64,000 nt of DNA, taken from positions 1,760,001 to 1,824,000 of the forward strand of contig OY970393.1 of the NCBI GenBank assembly GCA_963720465.1, given 5' to 3'. The translations under genes and the position numbers were made by a program. The notes under the pieces were generated by a model. The model was not told the DNA's origin. It saw only the letters and a list, made by a program, of their open reading frames with translations, and did not search any database. This DNA comes from Methanobacteriota archaeon (GTDB lineage: Archaea; Halobacteriota; Bog-38; Methanoflorentales; Methanoflorentaceae). This document shows, in pieces, positions 8,510 to 18,872 of this stretch. Within the stretch, counting starts at the first letter, position 1, and every line of letters begins with the position of its first letter.

Positions 8510-10786
8510 TTAAGAAGGCAGGTTCACGACAAATCGCGCACCTTTTCCTTCTTCGCTCTCCACGGTGATCGTTCCGTCGTGCAACTCCACAATCCGCTTG
8601 CAGACTGCAAGACCAAGGCCAGTGCCCTTCGCCTTATTAGTAAAAAGAGGGCGGAATAGCTTAGCCTTAATATCTTCGCGAATTCCAACGCCGGTATCTT
8701 CGACGGTCATTAGCACGGTTCCGTCTGAGGCAGCGGCGCTGATGGTGAGCTGTCCGCCCTCGGGCATCGCTTGAATTGCGTTGAGGATTAGGTTCGTGAA
8801 CACGCGCTGCATAAGCCTGCGATCGAGGTAGAGCGATAAATCGTCGGGAATATCGGTCTTCACTTGAACCTGACGAGGCACTTTCATTGATGAGAGCGTA
8901 GACGTAATAAGATCGACCGCTCTGATCTGCGTTTGCTCCGGATTGAGGGGTTGTGCATAGGCCTGCAAGTCCGCCACGATCTTGTCCATGTAGCGCACTT
9001 GTTCGTCTATGAGGTCGCACAGTCGATCGACGCTATCCCAGTCGGCACTTCCGCGTTCATCCGGTGAGGTGAGCGTGCCCTTCTTCTTCTGTAAATCGAT
9101 TGCAAAGCGAATAGCCTGCAACGGATTACGCAAATCGTGACCGACCATAGTGGCAGTCTCGCCGATCGCGGCAAGACGCTCTACGTTCTTAAGGGCTCTT
9201 TCCGCCTCTAGGCGGGCTGAGATATCAATACCGGCACCAAGCACCCCGACAAAGCTGCTTTGAGTGTCAAAGAGTGGCGTGCACATCCATTCAATCCACA
9301 AGCGGCGTCCGTCCTTTGTGACGTTCTCGCTGACCATTTGGGTATAACGGTCAGCGGCGCCGAGAAGGTTCTGCGTGAAGCTGGCAAACTCTCTTTCTGT
9401 GCTCTCAGTTGCCAGTAGCAGCGTACCAACCACATTGTGTCCGATGAGCTCTGCTTCAGCGTACCCAAAGAGCTGTTGTCCGTATTTGTTGAGGAAAGTG
9501 ACATTTCCCTGTAAATCCGTCTGTAATATGACACTATTGACGCCCTGGATAAGTTCTCGGTACTTGCGCTCGCTTTGTTCAAGTGCCGCCTCGATTCGGA
9601 TGCGCTCAGTAACGTCAGTTCCTGAACTTAGCATGCCAACTATAGTGCCCGCTGCGTCTTTGAGGAGTGCGTTGTGCCACTCCATATCGCGTTCTTCACC
9701 GCGGGCCGTTTGGACGGGGCTTTCGTAGCGTCTGAACGGTTCTATCTCTCCAGCAATGATCCGTTCAAATTCGTCAAGCGTTTTCTCTCGGGCGCGATCG
9801 GGCACAAATTCGTTAAACCAGTCTTTACCTGGCGCCTGTTCTTGCTGCACGCCGAGGAGCTCGCACCCTTTGCGATTAAGACGAGTAATTCGCCCAGCTG
9901 TATCGAGCACGACCATGAGGACTTCAGCGGTATCGAGGTACTGCTGAGCTTGATCGCGTTCGCGCCGAACAGTTTCTTCGATACGCTTACGCTCCGTAAC
10001 ATCCCTCGCTGTCGATATGAGCGCTTCAACGATCCCCTCTTCGTTGTAGATCGGGGTGAGCACGAATTCAAAATCCTTCTCGCCGCCTGGATCAACCCAG
10101 TGCAACTCGTCGGTCACTGGACGGCCTGTGGCGAATACAATGTCGCCGAGGGCAATCATGCGCTGCATCGGCTGAAGTGGCAATCCGAGCTCCGTCCAAG
10201 TCTTACCTACCATTTCGTGCGGCTTGAATCCGAGCGCTCGGGCTCCAGGCCGATTGACATATATGTAACGGCTGTCCTGATCAAAGACGTAAATTAGATC
10301 GGCTGACGCTGACAGAAAACCCTCGAGTGTGCGTGCCTGCTGTGCAACCTTTCCAGCGAGGAGCTCGTACTCTTCGCGCATGCGTTGTTCGTCAGTGACA
10401 TCACGAATCGCGATGACAATGCGCGTGACGCGCCCGACCTTCTCGAGAACCGGGTAAATCGAGAAGACCTTACGCTTGGAATCAATCACTGCTTCAGTTC
10501 GAATGGGTGTTTTCGAAGCAATCGCCTCTTGCCTCCAAGCAGTTATGTGCTTTGCTAACTCGCTTGAAATGACCGAACCCACCGGAGCTCCGACCGCTTC
10601 AGAAAAGGTCGTGCCGAGCCAGAGTGCCGCAGCTTGGTTAAGAGTAAGGATTACATCTCTCTCATCGATTACCAAAATGGAATCGAACAGTGCGCTTAGG
10701 AGCGCATATGCAGCGGGTTCTGACTCGCTCACTGGCGTCGCGGCTTCATCCGACTGCATCTGATTTTCATTTTCGAGTTCGCGCAT
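8510..10786 (-). CDS. Multi-PAS sensor histidine kinase
   Basis: Four PAS/PAC-like segments; GHDLRNPL H-box; NLILNAIQA, DTGVG and GTGLGL boxes. Confidence 0.92.
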   Translation of the reverse strand: MRELENENQMQSDEAATPVSESEPAAYALLSALFDSILVIDERDVILTLNQAAALWLGTTFSEAVGAPVGSVISSELAKHITAWRQEAIASKTPIRTEAVIDSKRKVFSIYPVLEKVGRVTRIVIAIRDVTDEQRMREEYELLAGKVAQQARTLEGFLSASADLIYVFDQDSRYIYVNRPGARALGFKPHEMVGKTWTELGLPLQPMQRMIALGDIVFATGRPVTDELHWVDPGGEKDFEFVLTPIYNEEGIVEALISTARDVTERKRIEETVRRERDQAQQYLDTAEVLMVVLDTAGRITRLNRKGCELLGVQQEQAPGKDWFNEFVPDRAREKTLDEFERIIAGEIEPFRRYESPVQTARGEERDMEWHNALLKDAAGTIVGMLSSGTDVTERIRIEAALEQSERKYRELIQGVNSVILQTDLQGNVTFLNKYGQQLFGYAEAELIGHNVVGTLLLATESTEREFASFTQNLLGAADRYTQMVSENVTKDGRRLWIEWMCTPLFDTQSSFVGVLGAGIDISARLEAERALKNVERLAAIGETATMVGHDLRNPLQAIRFAIDLQKKKGTLTSPDERGSADWDSVDRLCDLIDEQVRYMDKIVADLQAYAQPLNPEQTQIRAVDLITSTLSSMKVPRQVQVKTDIPDDLSLYLDRRLMQRVFTNLILNAIQAMPEGGQLTISAAASDGTVLMTVEDTGVGIREDIKAKLFRPLFTNKAKGTGLGLAVCKRIVELHDGTITVESEEGKGARFVVNLPS

Positions 10787-11063
10787 ACTGGCACGCTTCC
10801 GCGAACAAAGGCGGCGATTATGCGTTAGCGTTAGGAGTTTATTAAGCTTATCTGATATGGAACGGCGCTCAGTCGCGGCACGGCGGCGTAGGTGCAGCTT
10901 CGAGCGCGTAAGCCCGCGTGCTCTGACCTATCAAGCTGCGCCGACGAGCATCGAATTCGTGCACTCTGCGAATAAGCCTTGTCAGGCGCGGGTGCCACTA
11001 ACGAGCTCGTTTCTGTCAATAAAAATTAATAACATTAAGCGTCTGGACTATTGGGGTTTAGGC

Positions 11064-11243
11064 ATGGATAACGCTGTAGATAACCTGTTTGAGGCACTTT
11101 TCGCTCTCACTGACTTGCGAGTACTGCTGCGCGAGACCGCCCCCTTGCACAAGTTGAGTGCGGAGCAACAGAAGCAAGCGCGAGAGACTCTCGCACGCGC
11201 AAAAGCCGCTTTGTCGAAGCTTGAAGAGGAGCTTCAAGAATGA
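11064..11243 (+). CDS. Small helical partner of SepCysS (SepCysSn / SepCysE N-terminal-like)
   Basis: 59-aa helical ORF with ATGA overlap onto pscS; family call from position and recalled literature. Confidence 0.65.
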   Translation: MDNAVDNLFEALFALTDLRVLLRETAPLHKLSAEQQKQARETLARAKAALSKLEEELQE

Positions 11244-12412
11244 AGATCGCAGGGAATATACCAGTCCGTGAAGTCGAGGAGAACTTCATCAACATCCAGC
11301 CGATCCAAGCCGCAGGCCGTTTGACCGCAGAGGCGATGAAGGCGCTCATCGCCTACGGCGACGGTTACTCGACGTGTGACCAGTGCCGCAAGCCTTTTAG
11401 ACTCGATAAGATTACTAAGCCGCCAATCGCCGAATTCCACAGCGATCTCGCCAGGTTCCTAAATATGGATGAAGCTCGCGTCACGCCGGGGGCGCGCCGC
11501 GCCTTTCAAGCAGTTTGCCTTGCGCTTGTGGAAAAAGGCGACGCGGTTTTGGTCTCAGCGCTCGGACACTACACCGAGTTCCTCGCGGTTGAGAATGCAA
11601 AGGCCACCGTGCGCGAAGTCCCCACAAATGATCTTAGTATCGTCACGGGCGACGCCGTCGCGCAAAAAATCGAAGAAGTGACGCGCGAACAGGGCAAATC
11701 GCCCGTCCTCGTGATGCTCGATCACTTCGACTACTCTCTCGCGAACGAGCATGACGTCGCCGGAGCGGCAAAGGCAGCGCACGAATACGACATTCCCATC
11801 TTGTACAATGGCGCGTATACCGTTGGCATAAAACCCGTTGACGGTAAGGCGCTCGGCGTAGACTTTGTTGTGGGAAGCGGGCACAAGTCAATGGCGTCGC
11901 CTGCGCCGAGCGGCGTGTTGGCAACGACGAGCGAGTACGCGGATACGGTCTTCAGCACCACGCAGATGATTGGCGATGTTACTGGGCGGCAGTTTGGCGT
12001 TAAGGAGATCCAGATGCTCGGCTGCACGCTTATGGGCGGCAACATTCTTGCGATGATGGCATCTTTTCCGACAGTGAAGCGTCGCGTCGAGGAATGGAAC
12101 GAGTACGTCACGAAGTCGAACTACGTTGTCGATGCGCTCCTAGGCATAAAGGGGAATACGTGCGTTAGCGAATACCCACGCAAGCATACTTTGAGCAAGG
12201 TAGATACGACTAGAAGTTTTGATACCGTAGCGCGGACCCATAAGCGGCGAGGCTTTTTCTTGAGCGACGAACTGAAGCAGCGGGGCATTGTTGGCGCTTT
12301 TTCTGGGGCGACCCGGGCGTGGAAGCTCAACACGTATGGCTTAAGTTGGGACCAGATAGGCTACGTAGCTGATGCATTCAAGGAAATAGCTGGGAAGCAC
12401 GGATTGTTGTAG
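11240..12412 (+). CDS. pscS: O-phosphoseryl-tRNA:Cys-tRNA synthase (SepCysS)
   Basis: INIQPIQAAG, DGYSTCDQC, GSGHKSM (PLP lysine) and MLGCT. Confidence 0.95.
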   Translation: MKIAGNIPVREVEENFINIQPIQAAGRLTAEAMKALIAYGDGYSTCDQCRKPFRLDKITKPPIAEFHSDLARFLNMDEARVTPGARRAFQAVCLALVEKGDAVLVSALGHYTEFLAVENAKATVREVPTNDLSIVTGDAVAQKIEEVTREQGKSPVLVMLDHFDYSLANEHDVAGAAKAAHEYDIPILYNGAYTVGIKPVDGKALGVDFVVGSGHKSMASPAPSGVLATTSEYADTVFSTTQMIGDVTGRQFGVKEIQMLGCTLMGGNILAMMASFPTVKRRVEEWNEYVTKSNYVVDALLGIKGNTCVSEYPRKHTLSKVDTTRSFDTVARTHKRRGFFLSDELKQRGIVGAFSGATRAWKLNTYGLSWDQIGYVADAFKEIAGKHGLL

Positions 12413-12460
12413 CGACGGCGGCGAGCTTCGGTCTAGGCGCACACGCCATGGATCAAGGGT

Positions 12461-13699
12461 CTATGGTTTTGCTTGCACAGAGTGCAATCTACTTTTAAAC
12501 AACTGGTGTAGTTTTTCCGCGCCAACGATCTCTTGCTGGTCTAAACCACGTTCGGCAGTATACAACACGAATGGCTTACACTGGGTACAGCCCAACCTCT
12601 CGTGACTGCCGATCAACTCCTCAAACGCAGCGACCTTATCGTTGGTGGGGTCGTAGACGCTGTTGACCAAAATGTCCGGGACATAACGAAAGCCGTCAGT
12701 ACCAAGGCAAGTGCTGCAGCAAAACTGTGACGCTGAGTCCGGGAACAAATGTACCAGGAGGAGGAGAAAGGCCTCGCCGATCCAAATCACCAACGTTCGA
12801 TAGATGGGGCGCAAGCAGGGCGGTAGCTTGCTGCTCACTATAAACCCCCCCTCCTTGCTCACCAACGTAAATACTGTAATTTCCGGCGGGCAATTAATCC
12901 GTATCCAGAACACGTTGGTTCCGAGACCACGGCTGGTATACTGGACCATTTCCCCTATGCGATACCGACCAAGAGGGTATTTCTTGGCGTGCGGGCCTCT
13001 GACGAGCGTCCCGATGCCAGGGAAGATCAACTGTCCCCCGTGCGAATGCCCTGAGATCTGCAGGCTAAATCGCCCAGTCGTCGCGCTCACGTCAGCAAAG
13101 TCTGGCTCGTGGGCCAACAGGATTGCTGGGCCCGACGGCGGAAGCTTGGCGAGCACGACGTCCAAGCGATTTTTGTGGAGCGTAACGCTATCGACGCCCG
13201 CGATGTGTAGCGCTACATCTCCTCGATGAAGCGTATGAACATCGTTGCTCAGGTCGACGATACCGCTGCGCCGCAGTACCTCTCGAACGGTTGCTTCGCC
13301 GACCCAGTGGTCGTGATTCCCGAGGACCGCAACGCTCAGGTCCTTTGGGATAAGCTTACTCAGTGATGCCGCCATCTCTGCCGAAAGTCGGTCAACCTCG
13401 TAGGAGAAGAAATCACCAATAATGGCGACCAAGTCAGGACGCTGCTCGTTGATCAGGTCAATAACGCCGTCTAAACGCGCCGGTGTGATCCATTGGCCTA
13501 AATGGATATCGGCGATGCTTACAATCTTATATCCGTGGAACGCGGGGCTCAAATTGGGAATGACCACCGACACCTGCTCAATCTGAAAGGCGCTACGCTC
13601 GAACTGATCCATTCCTATTTGTTCTGACAACGTCGTCATTGCCAATTGCAGGTTCCGCCTGAAAGCGTGACGTCTTACGCGGCGCGGCTTCATCATCAT
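12461..13699 (-). CDS. Calcineurin-like metallophosphoesterase reading through into a remnant of a downstream gene
   Basis: DIH, GDF, GNHD, AHEPD, SGHSHGGQ and NCPPEI; extra ~125 aa after TLVSKE. Confidence 0.8.
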   Translation of the reverse strand: MMMKPRRVRRHAFRRNLQLAMTTLSEQIGMDQFERSAFQIEQVSVVIPNLSPAFHGYKIVSIADIHLGQWITPARLDGVIDLINEQRPDLVAIIGDFFSYEVDRLSAEMAASLSKLIPKDLSVAVLGNHDHWVGEATVREVLRRSGIVDLSNDVHTLHRGDVALHIAGVDSVTLHKNRLDVVLAKLPPSGPAILLAHEPDFADVSATTGRFSLQISGHSHGGQLIFPGIGTLVRGPHAKKYPLGRYRIGEMVQYTSRGLGTNVFWIRINCPPEITVFTLVSKEGGFIVSSKLPPCLRPIYRTLVIWIGEAFLLLLVHLFPDSASQFCCSTCLGTDGFRYVPDILVNSVYDPTNDKVAAFEELIGSHERLGCTQCKPFVLYTAERGLDQQEIVGAEKLHQLFKSRLHSVQAKP

Positions 13700-14010
13700 C
13701 CTCCTTGCCCTACTCGCCGTGCGTTGACGACGACCGCTATATCAAAGGGTCCGATGTAATAAGGGCATTTTCGGGTTTTTTGGTGCATTGGCGATCACAC
13801 AAACGGATGGTTTAGAAGAAGAAAAGATGCCGGGACTCTATAGACTGAGTTCAATCTTGCGGTTTTCGTCTTGCTGGACATTGTCTTAGATCTGCAGCGT
13901 TTTGTTAGACATTGAATGTTGGAGGTCCGTAACGGAACGCGCCAGCTGGCAATATCAATCCCCTCTTAAGCCATCGCCCCAATCGAAACCTCCATTGAAA
14001 GCCCTCTCGG

Positions 14011-15460
14011 TTAAAGCAAAGCTGAAAATAGGCGTGAGATCGACTCCTTCAGTTTAATGGTTACAGGACGCTTTACATAACGTTGCGGGGTAAGCTCGGT
14101 ACAAACGTTCAGGTCTTTGGTGAACGCGTCTTTTAACCCTCGCGCAACAGGGGTATCATAAATAATTGCATTCGTCTCAAAGTTGAGACCGAAGCTTCGC
14201 AAATCCCAGTTTGCACTCCCGACAGACGCGGCCACTTCGTCGACCACGATCGTCTTTGCGTGAAGGAACCCGTTGTCATAGGTGTACGCCCGAATGCCCG
14301 AGTCGAGCAGCTGTCCAAGGAAGGAAAGTCCTGCCCAATAGACGAAGGGATGATCTGGTCGGTTTGGAATCATAATACGAACGTCAAGGCCAGAAAGTGC
14401 TGCAATTCGGAGTGCGTCGCGAACACTGTCGTCAGGGACGAAATATGGGGTCTGAATATAAATGGTATCTGTTGCAGAGTTAATCATCTTCAGCTAGGAC
14501 TCCTTGATTGGGTTCCAATAGGTGTCGGGCCCGCCTGAGACGATTTGGACGCACGCCCCATCGGACGTGGAGTTGTCAGGGAAATAGCGGTGCTCGAAGT
14601 CTAGGTGCCGCCCCTTTGTTGCATAGTTCCAATCGAAGAAAAAGCGTAGCTGGCACAATAAAACCGCCGATCCGGCGATTCGCACGGCGGCATCGCGCCA
14701 GTATCCCCATTTCCTGACCTTTCCGAGGTACTCATCGCCGATGTTGAATCCGCCGACGAAGCCGATTTTTCCATCGATGACAGCAATTTTTCGATGATTC
14801 CTGAAATTGGACCGTAGATTTACGGACCGCACCAGAGAAGGGAAAAAGAATGCAACCTGCCCTCCGGCGCGCTTAAAGTCGTCAAAAAAATGTATCGGGA
14901 GGCGGGCACATCCAAGCCCATCGCACAGGAGCTTGACCTCAACTCCTGCTCGCGCGCGCTCTGTAAGCGCTTCTCGCATCTCGCGGCTGAGCGCGTCATT
15001 CCTCCAGATGTAGTACTCGAGATGGATATGGTCGTGCGCTCCATTGATCGCGGCAATCAGATCAGAGAATTTCTCAGTCCCGTCTGTGTACACTTTAATC
15101 TGGTTGTCAGTAGTGAGTATCGAACCGCTGTCTTCGACAAGCATCAGCACCATACGACGGAACGCGACAGAAAGATGCGCCGTGGCAGGGATCTCGCTTG
15201 CTTTCAGCTCGTTTTTCTGCAATTCGACGAGGCTCGTGAAGGCCGTATCCGCGTCTTGCTTGATCCGAAACATCTTTTTTTTGCGATAGTTCTGGCCGAG
15301 GAAAATATACAGAACAAACCCTACAACGGGTAAGAAGAAAAGGACCAACAGCCAGGCCCAGACAGTGGCCGGATTTTTCCTCTCAAAAAAGACAATGGGT
15401 AATGGCGAAAAGAAGATCCGAAACAAGAATGGCGATCAGTACGAGGTCAGTGATACTCAT
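14011..15460 (-). pseudogene. cls: Cardiolipin synthase with N-terminal frameshift and internal TAG
   Basis: Two HKD motifs (NHRKIAVID, LHAKTIVVD); frameshift near 15398; in-frame TAG at 14494-14496. Confidence 0.85.
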
Positions 15461-15739
15461 GTTTTCTTCCTAGTCCGCGGTGGCGCGCGTCGCCAGTTTG
15501 AATGTTTTCAGAGCATCCTCTTTGAATGTGTTCATGCCACGCTGCTCGCCGCGCAGTGGCAGCTCCGCAGTGAGTCTGGCGTGAGTCTGACAGCGCCCAC
15601 ATTTTGCTAGGAGGCTGGTCCTCAGGGCATTTCAGCCCCACCATCATTTCCGACTGGACCGGCCCAAGCCGCTGAAGCTGCTTCAGCATTACTGCTTGGT
15701 GAGCTTGATTTAGGGAGGGTTGACTCCGTCATTCAACAG

Positions 15740-16261
15740 CTACGGTCGCTCGAGGAAGTGAGCAACTTCCGCTCCGAATTTGCGCGCGCTTTGTTTATCA
15801 AGCTTGTTGACTTTTGTAATCGGTACCCCCATAAGCCTAGCAAAATCCTTTATGAGCTTCCTGTCCGTATCGGAGAGCTTGTTAACGTCGAGATATCCTC
15901 CAAACACCTCGATTGCTCGAACGCGCCCTGTAGCGCGCTCTTGCAAGTCTGCCACGTACCGGTACACGAGTTCCTCTTTAGGCACTGCCCAGTAGTCCAC
16001 ACAGACAACGAAAAGCGCCACGTCTTTGTCGTTTAAGTGATCGCTGTTCGCGGCAAGGAAGTTCAGCACGCTGGGCAGTGGGTGTTCTTCGTAAATCGGA
16101 GAGCCGATCACGATCAAGTCGAAACCGCGGGGGTCAGCTTCGGCGACGTTCTGTACTGCCACGTCGACGTGTCCTTTGCTCGCTGCTCCTTCAGCTATCC
16201 ACCGAGCAATGGTTTTCGTAGAGCCGTATCGCGTATCGTAAATGATTAGAACGCGAGCCAT
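15740..16261 (-). CDS. Flavodoxin-domain (HemG-like) protein
   Basis: LIIYDTRYGSTKTIA, IVIGSPIY and VFGG. Confidence 0.85.
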   Translation of the reverse strand: MARVLIIYDTRYGSTKTIARWIAEGAASKGHVDVAVQNVAEADPRGFDLIVIGSPIYEEHPLPSVLNFLAANSDHLNDKDVALFVVCVDYWAVPKEELVYRYVADLQERATGRVRAIEVFGGYLDVNKLSDTDRKLIKDFARLMGVPITKVNKLDKQSARKFGAEVAHFLERP

Positions 16262-16297
16262 GCTGCCCGTTACACCGTCTGGCATGAGTTCCAAGAA

Positions 16298-16873
16298 TCA
16301 CGTGTGCAGCTTTTTGAGGAGCCACGCGATGTTTTTGCCAAGGGTGGTCATCGTAGCCATGCCTTCAGCGTCATTTTCTGCTGCACCGATAGCATGGCCG
16401 ATACCGATGTTCCAGTAACTCGAACCGGGAACGATCATTTGACCAATGAAGAAGAAATGATTGATCGAGTCGAATGCGTGAATGGCGCCAGCGCGTCGCA
16501 TCGTTATGACTGCAGCGCCGACTTTACGCTGAAACATATCGCCGTTGGCCCGCGCTACCATCCCAGCGCGGTCAATGAGCGCTTTGAGTTCGGGCGTTAT
16601 ATCAGCGAAGTACGTCGGCGAACCTAAGATGATCCCATCTGCGTGCAGCATCTTGGCAATGTACTCGTTTACCGCGTCATCAGTCACGACGCAGCACTGG
16701 TCACGAGTCTCGAAACACTCCGAACACGCGATGCAGCCTCGAATTCGTGTTCCTGCGAGCTGAACGAGTTCGGTCTCAATACCTTCTCGTTCAAGTTCGC
16801 GCAGCGCCTGCTTAATGAGAATGGCGGTGTTGCCATCCTTGCGGGCACTGCCGTTAAAAGCGATAACCTTCAC
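16298..16873 (-). CDS. Iron-sulfur flavoprotein (Isf-like, NADPH-dependent FMN reductase family)
   Basis: GSARKDGNT, CIACSEC.....C and GSPTYF. Confidence 0.9.
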   Translation of the reverse strand: MKVIAFNGSARKDGNTAILIKQALRELEREGIETELVQLAGTRIRGCIACSECFETRDQCCVVTDDAVNEYIAKMLHADGIILGSPTYFADITPELKALIDRAGMVARANGDMFQRKVGAAVITMRRAGAIHAFDSINHFFFIGQMIVPGSSYWNIGIGHAIGAAENDAEGMATMTTLGKNIAWLLKKLHT

Positions 16874-17157
16874 TGAAATACCCCTCGTTGCTTGAAACTA
16901 AATTGAACGATCTTTGTTACAGCGAATGCAAATCATTTTTATAATTGTTGCGCTGATTTTTGCAGCCCTTCGCTGCGCAGCCTGTGCGTCTGTTTGTCAA
17001 AGAAGTAGTACGAAGTGTTCAAAAACTGTTCAAGTGCTTGAGCGAAACTGCGGCGGCTGTCAGTTCGTGCTCCTGCTTCTCCGTGCTGAAAAGCGTAAAT
17101 TATCCTATAGTGGCATCTCTTCTAACGAAATGCAACCTTCACCACCGTTGTCTGCTA

Positions 17158-17313
17158 CTAGCTCGAAATGGGCTTGTCTGCACACCACGCGTCGTCCTTT
17201 ACCGTGTGGTCATTCCTTGCTATACAAAACGGACACAGACTGTAACCGTTGAAAGGATTCATTCGTACTGGCTTGCCGCAACGGGTACATATTAACATTT
17301 CTGCCTCGGTCAT
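17158..17313 (-). CDS. Small zinc-finger-like protein (51 aa)
   Basis: CTRCG and CPFC; GAGGGG upstream of the ATG. Confidence 0.5.
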   Translation of the reverse strand: MTEAEMLICTRCGKPVRMNPFNGYSLCPFCIARNDHTVKDDAWCADKPISS

Positions 17314-17666
17314 GTTAGTGGCCCCTCTGTCCTTGCGAAATCCGAATTTTGTGGATGACGTTCTACGCCATTCTTCGCATTTAAGCTTTTCGAAATTCAG
17401 TTGTTTCGCGTCGTAAAACGCCAACCGAGGCGTTCTGAAAGCCCTCAACCAGTTTTTTCAACTAAATGTGATTTTTTGAAAGAATGAACTCCACTGTGCC
17501 GCGCTTTGGTTTAAACTTCAAATGCAAAGAGCATTGATGATTGCTTAACACGCCATCTAATCCGATCCACGCGCTGCCGCGAACGGGGCTAGCAAAGCTG
17601 CTATCGTGGTCTGAGCGAAGAGCTCAGACTCTGTGAAGTCCTGTATATATACGACGGATCTGATAC

Positions 17667-18872
17667 ATGCGTACCAAGGAAACATTTCGAGGAGCGGGTT
17701 TGCTCAAGAGTGCAGCTAGGATCCCACGCGCCACGTGCCGGCTCTTCGGCACAATAAAGGCTATAGGCAACATCAAAGACAGCGTCATTCTCGTCCACGG
17801 CCCGAAGGGCTGCGTTTATCACATTAACTACATACTCGGGATGCGGGGCGACAAGACATCCAACGTCTATTCGACCTGTATGGATGAAAACGACGTCATT
17901 TTTGGCGCCGCGGAGAAACTTAAAAGCGCAATCGCCGAATTAGATCGCGAGTTTAACCCCGCGCTTATCGCCGTGCTGTCGTGCTGCGCTTCCAGTATTA
18001 TCGGTGAAGACGTTGAAAGCGTCGTGAGAGAAGTTCAGACGAATGCAAAGGTGCTTGGAATCGATTCAGGAGGCTTTGAAGGTGATTACCGATCCGGCTA
18101 TAGCGAGACGCTTAAGCGACTCGTTGAAGTGCTCGTAGAGCCGCCACGGGCGCGTGATGAGCTGTCGGTGAATCTGATTGGCCTGCTGAGGGCAGGTCCC
18201 GATCTTAAAGAGCTCAAGCATACCTTGGCGCTCATCGGCGTCCGTGTCAATGCGGTGCTCACTGCGGGTGCCACGGTGCGCCAGATCGAGCATATCGCCT
18301 CAGCGAGATTGAACGTCGTCGTCTGCGAGGCCACAGGCAAGAATGCTGCTGAGCAGTTGGAGGAGCAGTTCGATATGCCGTACATCATCGAAGAACTTCC
18401 TATCGGGCATCAGGCAACGAGGCGGTTTCTGGCGCGCGTAGCCGACGCGCTTGGCACGTCAGTGGATCTGGACGCCCTGTGTCCGGCGCAGGCCGCAGTT
18501 CCTACCGTCGTCGAGAGGCGCGTCGCGGTGATCGGCGGTCCTACGCGCGCAATCGCCGTCACAAACTTCCTAAAGGAGTGCGGTATCGAACCAACGCTGA
18601 TTGTATCCGACTTTGACGTTAATACGGCAGCACGGCTGAGCGGGCTCGTCAGTGAGCGCTGCGAGGTACTCATCGCTCCCGAGCACGAGACCATCCTGGA
18701 ACGATGCAAAGCGCAGCGCGTTGATTTGATCGTGGGTGGCATGCTCGAACGCCCAATCGCATCGAGTCTCGGAGCCGAACATCTCGACATCATGCACGGG
18801 AGCGAAAAAACCGTCGGGTTTGCCGGCGCCGACGCACTGCTCAAACGGTTGCGGGGTGACAAAAAGCCGTGA
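17667..18872 (+). CDS. Nitrogenase component 1 (NifD/E/N-like) fold oxidoreductase
   Basis: TCRLFG, HGPKGC, MDENDVIFG and SCCASSIIGED; lacks the HPRP N-terminus of CfbD. Confidence 0.85.
   Translation: MRTKETFRGAGLLKSAARIPRATCRLFGTIKAIGNIKDSVILVHGPKGCVYHINYILGMRGDKTSNVYSTCMDENDVIFGAAEKLKSAIAELDREFNPALIAVLSCCASSIIGEDVESVVREVQTNAKVLGIDSGGFEGDYRSGYSETLKRLVEVLVEPPRARDELSVNLIGLLRAGPDLKELKHTLALIGVRVNAVLTAGATVRQIEHIASARLNVVVCEATGKNAAEQLEEQFDMPYIIEELPIGHQATRRFLARVADALGTSVDLDALCPAQAAVPTVVERRVAVIGGPTRAIAVTNFLKECGIEPTLIVSDFDVNTAARLSGLVSERCEVLIAPEHETILERCKAQRVDLIVGGMLERPIASSLGAEHLDIMHGSEKTVGFAGADALLKRLRGDKKP

Noticed and set aside
14494-14496. In-frame TAG in cls as a pyrrolysine or recoding site
   Set aside because: It falls where Tyr is expected (one change from TAT/TAC), the gene also has a frameshift, and other genes in the window end normally in TAG.
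17667-18872. cfbD or a true nitrogenase subunit
   Set aside because: No CfbD HPRP motif, short for NifD, and no nifH/nifK neighbours.
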